From a virus (taxonomy: Duplodnaviria; Heunggongvirae; Uroviricota; Caudoviricetes), in IMG/VR virus record IMGVR_UViG_2548877009_000014: DNA of 22,726 bases, one strand, 5' to 3'. Every line of letters begins with the position of its first letter. The first letter of the stretch is position 1. The notes beneath the pieces are model-generated. The model searched no databases and was not told the DNA's origin. It saw only the letters and a list, made by a program, of their open reading frames with translations. A program made the position numbers and the translations under genes. This document shows positions 16,693 to 22,726 of the stretch, in pieces.

Positions 16693-17875
16693 CGGAGGGT
16701 TTCGTGGTCATGTTCATCGGTGTGAGATAGACATCACCACCGGGACGCGGATTCATATCTTCCAGGTCGCGGCAGTCATTGGGAGAGTAAATTCCCCAGT
16801 TGATCCCGGTGGCGTAGGCTTCAAAACGGGACTTCATATCCCCGCGCAGTAACGCCCCGGCGTTAAATTTGGCGTAATAAACGCCCTGCTTACTTTTTCG
16901 TACCAGTCCGGTGTTGATCCGCTGTTCGATGCGGGTCAGATACGGCACCAGTGAATAGTTGATAAATCCCAGCCCCAGCTCTTCGATATTGTTGAAGGTG
17001 GCGCGATCGGTGTTCTGCACCATGTGCAACGGCACCCGGAACAGACGACAGATTTCTTCAAGCTGAAACTTGCGGGTTTCCAGGAACTGGCTGTCCTCGG
17101 CGTTCAGCGCCATCGACTTCCAGTCCAGCCCCATCTCAAGGATCATCGGGCGGTGAGCATTGCCAAGCCCGGTGTGACGCTCCTCAAAATCTTTCTTCAG
17201 GCGCTCATAAGCCTGATCTGACAGCGTCTGCTCTGTACGCAACACACCCGACGTCACCGCGCCATTGCTGAACAGTCTGGCCCCGTGCTCTTCGGTCGCA
17301 GCTGCCAGCGATATTGCCTCGCGGGCATAGGCGATGGGATTCAGCCCCACCAGTCCGTCCAGCGTCAGCGTGCGCACATGCCAGATATCCTCCTGGCTCA
17401 GTACATCCGTGGAGCCATCCGGGAATGTGACCTGATAGATCGGCTCCCAGCTACTGTTAAGCTTCGGTACCACACAGCCGGGATCGACGGGCAGCAGTTC
17501 AGCCACTTCGCCAAATGCTTTCACTTTGTAGGCGTAAAAGTTTCCCCGCAGGCACAGACAGGTGACCACCAGCTCCCAGAACTCCTGCGGCGTCATATAG
17601 CCATTGGGATGCGTGGAGATCAGTTTATGCAGACGTTCGCCGGTGGCTCTCTGTTTCAGGCTGCCGTTCAGGTGATACAGGTTGCAGGGCAACATCCCGA
17701 CCGACTCCGCCAGCACCCTGACGCAGGAAAAAACCGCCGTCAGTCGCATGGCCCGCTGGCTGCTGATCTGCTTTCCGGTATAGGTGTCATATGACAGCCC
17801 GATAGCATCCGCCAGCTCTGCTGGCGTGGTCACCGGTGCGTCACTTTTTCGTTGAAATAATCCCGAAAAGAACAC
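16634..17875 (-). CDS. Portal protein, HK97 family
   Basis: 413-aa ORF; GTG start at 17875 with GGAGGT 5 nt upstream; position after terminase large subunit. Confidence 0.88.
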   Translation of the reverse strand: MFFSGLFQRKSDAPVTTPAELADAIGLSYDTYTGKQISSQRAMRLTAVFSCVRVLAESVGMLPCNLYHLNGSLKQRATGERLHKLISTHPNGYMTPQEFWELVVTCLCLRGNFYAYKVKAFGEVAELLPVDPGCVVPKLNSSWEPIYQVTFPDGSTDVLSQEDIWHVRTLTLDGLVGLNPIAYAREAISLAAATEEHGARLFSNGAVTSGVLRTEQTLSDQAYERLKKDFEERHTGLGNAHRPMILEMGLDWKSMALNAEDSQFLETRKFQLEEICRLFRVPLHMVQNTDRATFNNIEELGLGFINYSLVPYLTRIEQRINTGLVRKSKQGVYYAKFNAGALLRGDMKSRFEAYATGINWGIYSPNDCRDLEDMNPRPGGDVYLTPMNMTTKPSDGSKAGKQKDNANADETTS

Positions 17876-18057
17876 TATTTACCTCCGCCGACAGACGGCT
17901 GTGTACGGTCGAGATATCGCGCCACCAGCCACGACCAGAACAGGCACAGCGCCCCGGCAACAACAAACCCCGCCGGGGGATAAATCAGCCAGGCACCATA
18001 CGCCAGCAAAAGCGCACCCAGCACGCCCACCAGAGGCGCGAGAATCAGCATGATCAT
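17875..18057 (-). CDS. Small hydrophobic (two predicted transmembrane helices) protein between terminase large subunit and portal
   Basis: 60-aa [52 protein letters not shown]... with GAGGT ribosome-binding site 6 nt upstream; its stop overlaps the portal GTG start (TAGTG). Confidence 0.5.
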   Translation of the reverse strand: MIMLILAPLVGVLGALLLAYGAWLIYPPAGFVVAGALCLFWSWLVARYLDRTQPSVGGGK

Positions 18058-18068
18058 AATTACCTCAG

Positions 18069-19802
18069 TTAAAGCGAGCGGATCCCATAGGATTCAATGT
18101 GGTCAGACAGCGTGTCTTCTTTCTCGTACAGCATGGCTCTGCCAACCGCCATAATCAGCGCAACTGCACCATCGATTTTGTTTTCCGCCTGCTCTTTGAC
18201 GGGCTTCACCACATCATCGTTACCCGGAATGGTTTTGCCGACCACGTTGCCGATACACCAGGTCATGATGGGATTGCCATCATGATGAAAGCGCCCCGAT
18301 TCAATTGCCGCTTCCAGCTCTTTCATCGGGTCGGACATGTTGGTGTAGTTCTGAATGATGGTGACGGGGTTCAGGTCTTCATCAGCAAGGTCATGTGAGA
18401 GCCCGGTCGCCCCGAAGGGGTCGATGGGTGACTCGCTGACCGGGCTGATTTTGTTCGCCGCTTTGGCCTCTTCGAGGATGTAGCGATAATCCACCTCTGC
18501 ACCATCGGTAACGGTCAGGACGCCCATTTCCACCCATTTCTGAAAGCGTTCGGCTGTCCGTCGATCTTCATTTTTCTCGACGCTGTACACCGTGTCATAC
18601 GGTACCCAGAAACGCGGGGCCACACTGTAGTAATGCGTTTTACCGTCAATCTCGCGGGTATAAAGTCGCGCCATGCTGTTCATATCCAGCTTACGCGCCA
18701 GGTCAAAGGCCAGAATGCACGGCTGCCCCTCGAACTGCTCAAGGGTCAGTGATTTATCCTCGCAGCTCTGCCAGCTTACCAGGTTGAAATACGCCGAACG
18801 CGCCGACACCCAGATATTGAGGTGTTTTGTTTTAAAGACGTTTGCCAGACGGGCGTTATTTTTCGCACGCTGCTGCTGACTTAACAAAAATTCGCGATAA
18901 ACCGACACGCCAATATTTGGATTGGCTTTTTCCAGCACCTGCGGGTCGGTCCAGTCGTCACCTTCATCAACGGTATAGATGATCCCGAACAGTTCATCGT
19001 TGGGTACCGAACCGTTGAGCATCTCGATGACTTCCCGCCGTTTGTCGTAGCACGGCCCCTCAATGTTGTACCCGGCGGTAGTGATAGCCCACATCAGTGG
19101 CTGACGTCGCGCCCCCATCCCGGTAAGCATCGTGGTGTAAAGCGCATCTGTGGCGTGCTCGTGATATTCATCCACCACCGCACAGTGGGGTGATGAACCA
19201 TCACCAGGGTTACCGATCAGCGGTTCAAAACGCGCACCATCCTCCGGACGGTTCATGTTTGAGGCGTTAACCTCAATCCCGAACGCTTCCGTCAGCATGG
19301 GTGTGCGTTTACACATCAGTCGTGCCGGACGAAAGACTTCCCACGCCTGTTTCTCCGTCGTGGCACCGGAATACACTTCCGCGCCAAACTCGTTATCACA
19401 GGCAAAACAATACAGGGCAACACCGGCAGAGATTGCCGATTTGCCGTTCTTACGGGGGATTTCGGTATACACCTCCCGGAAGCGGCGCAATCGGGAGCCT
19501 TTATTGACCCAGCCAAACGCACAGCAGATCACAAATAGCTGCCACGGCTCCAGCGTGATGGGCATCCGTTTAAATGCCCACTCACCCTTGGTGTGCGGCA
19601 ACAGCTGAATAAATTTGGCGGCCCGTTCAGCCAGGTCCTTGTCGAAGCGGTAACGAAACGACTTACTTTTTTCCGCCATCAGGTCATCAAGATGGCGCTG
19701 GCAGGCCTGAATCACAAACTGGCAGGCCACAATCTTTCCGCGCACGACATCACGGGCATACTGATTGGCAGCATTTACGTTGGGGTAAGATTTCCGGCTC
19801 AT
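18069..19802 (-). CDS. Terminase large subunit
   Basis: 577-aa ORF with ATPase and nuclease regions typical of large terminases; ATGA overlap with the small subunit. Confidence 0.92.
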   Translation of the reverse strand: MSRKSYPNVNAANQYARDVVRGKIVACQFVIQACQRHLDDLMAEKSKSFRYRFDKDLAERAAKFIQLLPHTKGEWAFKRMPITLEPWQLFVICCAFGWVNKGSRLRRFREVYTEIPRKNGKSAISAGVALYCFACDNEFGAEVYSGATTEKQAWEVFRPARLMCKRTPMLTEAFGIEVNASNMNRPEDGARFEPLIGNPGDGSSPHCAVVDEYHEHATDALYTTMLTGMGARRQPLMWAITTAGYNIEGPCYDKRREVIEMLNGSVPNDELFGIIYTVDEGDDWTDPQVLEKANPNIGVSVYREFLLSQQQRAKNNARLANVFKTKHLNIWVSARSAYFNLVSWQSCEDKSLTLEQFEGQPCILAFDLARKLDMNSMARLYTREIDGKTHYYSVAPRFWVPYDTVYSVEKNEDRRTAERFQKWVEMGVLTVTDGAEVDYRYILEEAKAANKISPVSESPIDPFGATGLSHDLADEDLNPVTIIQNYTNMSDPMKELEAAIESGRFHHDGNPIMTWCIGNVVGKTIPGNDDVVKPVKEQAENKIDGAVALIMAVGRAMLYEKEDTLSDHIESYGIRSL

Positions 19803-20293
19803 GATTCGATGATTTTCAGAAACGGGTTAGTGGCTTTCTTCTGCCCCGCCAGGCCAATCAGACGCTGGCGGCTGCTGGGGTCGAGTCCGAGCATTGCCCC
19901 CGTGCTGCTCATCTCGGACTCCTGTTCTTTCTTGGCGGTCAGCTCCGGATTTTTGACCATGCCGCCCATTGCACCGGTGATGGTGTTGCCCTGTCTGGCA
20001 ATATTTTTCACGGCACGTCGCCAGAACTCATAGGCCACGCACCACCGCTCAAGCACTGCGAGGTCAGTCACGCACAGCAGGCCCTGACCGCAGAGTTCTT
20101 TGGTTGTCAGTTGCCACATGATCGTGGCGAGAGGAAGCTCTTCTTCAGCGAACCACTCCGGTGGCTCAACACCTTTGATGGGCGTAAAAACAGGTTCATC
20201 TTTGTTCAGGGCTCGCTTGCCGGGGTTTCCGGCCAGCGCCTTGCGCGCCGTTGGCTTAGGGCGACGCCCGGAACGCCCCGCCGTTCCAGCCAT
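19799..20293 (-). CDS. Terminase small subunit, P27 family
   Basis: N-terminus [30 protein letters not shown] matches the P27-family small terminase signature. The track start at 20302 is a GTG; the ATG at 20293 has AGGAG 8 nt upstream. Confidence 0.85.
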   Translation of the reverse strand: MAGTAGRSGRRPKPTARKALAGNPGKRALNKDEPVFTPIKGVEPPEWFAEEELPLATIMWQLTTKELCGQGLLCVTDLAVLERWCVAYEFWRRAVKNIARQGNTITGAMGGMVKNPELTAKKEQESEMSSTGAMLGLDPSSRQRLIGLAGQKKATNPFLKIIES

Positions 20294-20343
20294 ATGCGGC
20301 ACTCCTGGTTAAATTTCATTTTTCGCGGGTATAAAAAAACGAT

Positions 20344-20392
20344 GGGGCGGGCAGTCCGGAAGACGTCAGGTCACAGGGATTTGACCCGCCCC
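20344..20392 (-). promoter_or_regulatory. GC-rich inverted repeat (GGGGCGGG ... CCCGCCCC) with downstream U7 on the - strand; candidate cos / packaging site or intrinsic terminator
   Basis: Perfect 8-bp arms at 20344-20351 and 20385-20392, 33-nt spacer; - strand continues ATCG-TTTTTTT. Lies in the 116-bp gap between the HNH and small terminase genes, where cos sits in HK97-like phages. The G-rich arm resembles the lambda cohesive end GGGCGGCGACCT. Confidence 0.35.
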
Positions 20393-20418
20393 TCCCCTCT
20401 GGCAGTGGGAACTGGTTC

Positions 20419-20769
20419 TTACTTCAGCCGTTCACGGGCCGTCTTCGCCTTATGACACGGCCAGCACAAACTCTGCAGATTACTGTCGACATCAGTGCCG
20501 CCATGCGATTTAGGGATGATGTGGTCAACGGTCTTCGCCTCACGCACCACACCAGCACGCCGACATAACTGACACAGGCCTTTGTCACGCTTGAGCACAC
20601 GTTCACGGATAACATCCCATTTCGAACCATAACCGCGCTGATGACGGGATTGTCCTGGCTTGTATTGCTTCCAGCCTTCGCTTTTGTGGCTTTCGCAGTA
20701 GCCTGACGGGTCAGTCGTGGTATTGCGGCAGCCGCGAACACGGCAGGCTTTTGGGGTTCGTGGGGGCAT
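20419..20769 (-). CDS. HNH endonuclease (terminase-associated)
   Basis: 116-aa ORF with Cys-rich zinc-finger pairs and DHIIPKSHGG...N...H motif; GGAGT ribosome-binding site 6 nt upstream; located just upstream of the terminase genes. Confidence 0.88.
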   Translation of the reverse strand: MPPRTPKACRVRGCRNTTTDPSGYCESHKSEGWKQYKPGQSRHQRGYGSKWDVIRERVLKRDKGLCQLCRRAGVVREAKTVDHIIPKSHGGTDVDSNLQSLCWPCHKAKTARERLK

Positions 20770-20885
20770 ATGTACTCCAATGAAGAAACCAGCGAAATAG
20801 CTGCCTTCATTCGTAGCAAACCTTTTTCATCAACGCAGTAATGGATTCTTTGAAGAGTCGCGATCAATACAACTCACTAATGGAG

Positions 20886-20908
20886 AGACTTGTCTCACGC
20901 ATGAGACA
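20886..20908. repeat. GAGAC/GTCTC pentamer cluster including a perfect 7-bp palindrome TGTCTCA-cgca-TGAGACA
   Basis: Read directly from the sequence in the non-coding region between the HNH gene and bor; possible operator or RNA hairpin. Confidence 0.3.
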
Positions 20909-20989
20909 AATTTCCCGTTTGATTTAATGGACACTATAGAGGGACAGAATGCCTTCCTCACTCGAATCACATCAATTAAGGAGGTTCAA

Positions 20990-21112
20990 CATGTTTCATT
21001 CCACAAGTCATCAGGCTGTAATTATGGCAGCATCAGTTTGTGCCACAGACCTTTTCCGCTTCACTTTGAGCCTGATTCATTTCTACCTGACCGGCTCGCC
21101 TCTATCTTTTTA
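20990..21112 (+). CDS. Candidate small ORF (40 aa) with a near-consensus Shine-Dalgarno (AAGGAGGT)
   Basis: AAGGAGGT about 6 nt upstream of the ATG at 20990; translation MFHSTSHQAVIMAASVCATDLFRFTLSLIHFYLTGSPLSF, moderately hydrophobic. No homology recognised. Confidence 0.3.
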
Positions 21113-21293
21113 ATCCCCGCTTTATCCAAATTGCATTGCCAGAATGCCGACAACAGACTGACATTCAAATCCTGACTACCTCCAATAGTCTGACCGTACA
21201 CCTATATAGTTTTAATTTTCATCAATCCATTTAACTATCGTTTAATTGTTGTCACATAGGATTCTGCCGTTTTTAACAATGCAGGATAATAAG

Positions 21294-21587
21294 ATGAAAA
21301 AAATGTTGTTTTCTGCCGCTCTGGCAATGCTTATTACAGGATGTGCTCAACAGACGTTTACTGTTGGAAACAAACCGACAGCAGTAACACCAAAGGAAAC
21401 CATCACCCATCATTTCTTCGTTTCGGGAATTGGACAGGAGAAAACTGTTGATGCAGCCAAAATTTGTGGCGGCGAAGAAAATGTTGTTAAAACAGAAACC
21501 CAGCAAACATTCGTAAATGGATTGCTCGGTTTTATTACTTTAGGCATTTATACTCCGCTGGAAGCGCGTGTGTATTGCTCACAATAA
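21294..21587 (+). CDS. bor: Bor lipoprotein (lambda bor homologue; serum-resistance outer-membrane lipoprotein)
   Basis: Translation MKKMLFSAALAMLITGCAQQTFTV...ICGGEENVVKTETQQTFVNGLLGFITLGIYTPLEARVYCSQ is near-identical to lambda Bor as recalled; lipobox LITGC. Start refined to the ATG at 21294 with AGGA upstream. Orientation opposite to the lysis genes, as in lambda. Confidence 0.93.
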   Translation: MKKMLFSAALAMLITGCAQQTFTVGNKPTAVTPKETITHHFFVSGIGQEKTVDAAKICGGEENVVKTETQQTFVNGLLGFITLGIYTPLEARVYCSQ

Positions 21588-21597
21588 TTGCATGAGT

Positions 21598-21613
21598 TGC
21601 CCATCGATATGGG
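21598..21613. terminator. Palindromic hairpin (TGCCCAT-CGAT-ATGGGCA region) between convergent bor and Rz
   Basis: Perfect palindrome read directly from the sequence, 10 nt after the bor stop and 6 nt after the Rz stop; no strong U-tract on either strand. Confidence 0.35.
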
Positions 21614-21618
21614 CAGCT

Positions 21619-22080
21619 CTATCTGCACTGCTCATTAATATACTTCTGGGCTCCTTCCAGTTGTTTTTGCATAGTGATCAGCCTCTCTCTGAGGGTGAAA
21701 TAATCCCGTTCAGCGGTGTCTGCCAGTCGGGGGGAGGCTGCATTATCCACGCCGGAGGCGGTGGTGGCTTCACGCACTGACTGACAGACTGCTTTGATGT
21801 GCAACCGACGACGACCAGCGGCAACATCATCACGCAGAGCATCATTTTCAGCTTTCGCATCAGCTAACTCCTTCGTGTATTTTGCATCGAGCGCAGCAAC
21901 ATCACGCTGACGCATCTGCATGTCAGTAATTGCCGCGTTCGCCAGCTTCAGTTCTCTGGCATTTTTGTCGCGCTGGGCTTTGTAGGTAATCGCGTTATCG
22001 CGGTAATGATTAACCGCCCATGAAAGGCAGACGATGACGCAGATAACCAGAGCGGAGATAATCGCGGTTACTCTGTTCAT
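21619..22080 (-). CDS. Rz: Rz i-spanin
   Basis: Translation from [55 protein letters not shown]... is near-identical to lambda Rz as recalled; start refined to the Met at 22080, overlapping the endolysin stop. Confidence 0.93.
   Translation of the reverse strand: MNRVTAIISALVICVIVCLSWAVNHYRDNAITYKAQRDKNARELKLANAAITDMQMRQRDVAALDAKYTKELADAKAENDALRDDVAAGRRRLHIKAVCQSVREATTASGVDNAASPRLADTAERDYFTLRERLITMQKQLEGAQKYINEQCR
21678..21860 (-). CDS. Rz1: Rz1 o-spanin lipoprotein, embedded in the +1 frame of Rz
   Basis: [60 protein letters not shown]; lipobox VVGC and proline-rich region as in lambda Rz1. Confidence 0.9.
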   Translation of the reverse strand: MRKLKMMLCVMMLPLVVVGCTSKQSVSQCVKPPPPPAWIMQPPPDWQTPLNGIISPSERG

Positions 22081-22574
22081 TGCTGGCCCCACAAACAGAT
22101 TTCACGCTCAATCTCACGACGAGTCATGAGACCTTTCCATTGCTTACCGCCAGCATATGTCCAGCGACGTAGCTGATCACATGCGCCTTTGATATCGCCC
22201 TGGTTTATTTTGCGAAGAAGCGTCGATGTTCTGAAATTGCCAGCACCCACGTTGTAAACGAATGAGTAAAGAGCGCCGCGCGTTGTTTCCGGTATATCGA
22301 CTTTGATGTACGGGTTAATTTGTCTGGCGACCGTGGCAAGGTCTTTATTCAAGAGTGTTTTGCATTCTGCTTTGGTATACGTTTTACCGAGCATGATGTC
22401 TTTTCCTGTATGCCCGTGACATACAGTCCATACACCAACAATATCTTTGTATGGTATGTAGCTGACACCTTCCAGACCATCGTTACCACTTGGGCCAGTG
22501 ATTAACACTGATGCTATAGCAATTGCTCCGCCACCAATAGCAGCAGCAACGGCTTTTCGTAATGATGGAGGCAT
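22077..22574 (-). CDS. R: SAR endolysin (T4-lysozyme-fold muramidase with N-terminal signal-arrest-release helix), phage 21 R type
   Basis: N-terminus [27 protein letters not shown] is a Gly/Ala-rich SAR domain followed by a lysozyme domain; matches the phage 21 endolysin as recalled; start overlaps the holin stop (TAATG). Confidence 0.92.
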   Translation of the reverse strand: MPPSLRKAVAAAIGGGAIAIASVLITGPSGNDGLEGVSYIPYKDIVGVWTVCHGHTGKDIMLGKTYTKAECKTLLNKDLATVARQINPYIKVDIPETTRGALYSFVYNVGAGNFRTSTLLRKINQGDIKGACDQLRRWTYAGGKQWKGLMTRREIEREICLWGQQ

Positions 22575-22726
22575 TATTCACCTCTCGCAGCCTTGCGCTT
22601 ATCTTCTTTAATCTTGAAATAAAGGTTTGTCAGGTACGTCAGCAGGCCAAATACCAGACTACCCAGCACACCGATTGCAGCCCACTGTGACGGAGTTACT
22701 CTATCGAGCAACTGTAAAAACCAGTA
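22574..22726 (-). CDS. S: Holin, phage 21 S (pinholin) type; partial, 5' end beyond the window
   Basis: - strand translation ...[50 protein letters not shown] ends at TAA 22574-22576, directly upstream of the SAR endolysin. Confidence 0.8.
   Translation of the reverse strand, partial: YWFLQLLDRVTPSQWAAIGVLGSLVFGLLTYLTNLYFKIKEDKRKAARGE

Noticed and set aside
17285-17794. 169-aa + strand ORF antisense to the portal gene
   Set aside because: Fully inside the portal coding region on the opposite strand; no independent support.
19593-20033. 146-aa + strand ORF antisense to the terminase large/small junction
   Set aside because: Antisense to conserved terminase genes; no ribosome-binding site.
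20294-20302. Upstream GTG start for the small terminase
   Set aside because: The codon at 20302 is GTG with no ribosome-binding site; the ATG at 20293 has AGGAG upstream and gives the typical P27-family N-terminus [14 protein letters not shown].
20424-20867. 147-aa - strand ORF overlapping the HNH endonuclease in another frame
   Set aside because: The HNH frame has clear zinc-finger and HNH motifs and a ribosome-binding site; the overlapping frame has neither and is most likely a chance open frame.
20927-21175. 82-aa + strand ORF in the bor-upstream region
   Set aside because: No ribosome-binding site before its ATG; overlaps in another frame the 40-aa ORF that does have a near-consensus Shine-Dalgarno. 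Neither is certain, but the 82-aa frame is the less likely.
1-22726. CRISPR arrays, rRNA/tRNA genes, IS elements or transposase genes
   Set aside because: No regularly spaced direct repeats, no tRNA-like sequences, and no transposase-like ORFs or terminal inverted repeats were found on either strand.

Overview
Almost the whole window is one mosaic temperate enterobacterial phage or prophage (Escherichia/Shigella/Salmonella type). On the + strand at the left edge is a P4-type tyrosine integrase beginning at base 1, so the attachment site is not visible. It is followed by a roughly 1.2 kb AT-rich island (about 1160-2340), clearly lower in GC by eye than the backbone, carrying one intact 195-aa gene of unknown function. 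This is the most likely place for an undescribed cargo function, either lysogenic conversion or anti-phage defence. The rest is a late operon on the - strand, read right to left: phage-21-type pinholin (5' end cut by the window) and SAR endolysin, lambda-like Rz/Rz1, bor on the opposite strand, an HNH endonuclease, a GC-rich candidate cos or terminator structure, terminase small (P27-type) and large subunits, HK97-type portal, prohead protease and major capsid, head-tail connector proteins, and a Mu-like contractile tail (gp37-like, small sheath-proximal gene, sheath, tube, chaperone with a -1 frameshift site, tape measure, DNA circulation protein, baseplate gp44-48 homologues, and a short glycine-rich tail fibre). 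No tRNA, rRNA, CRISPR array or IS element was seen. All calls rest on reading the translations, gene order, overlaps and ribosome-binding sites; no database search was run, and family names are from memory.
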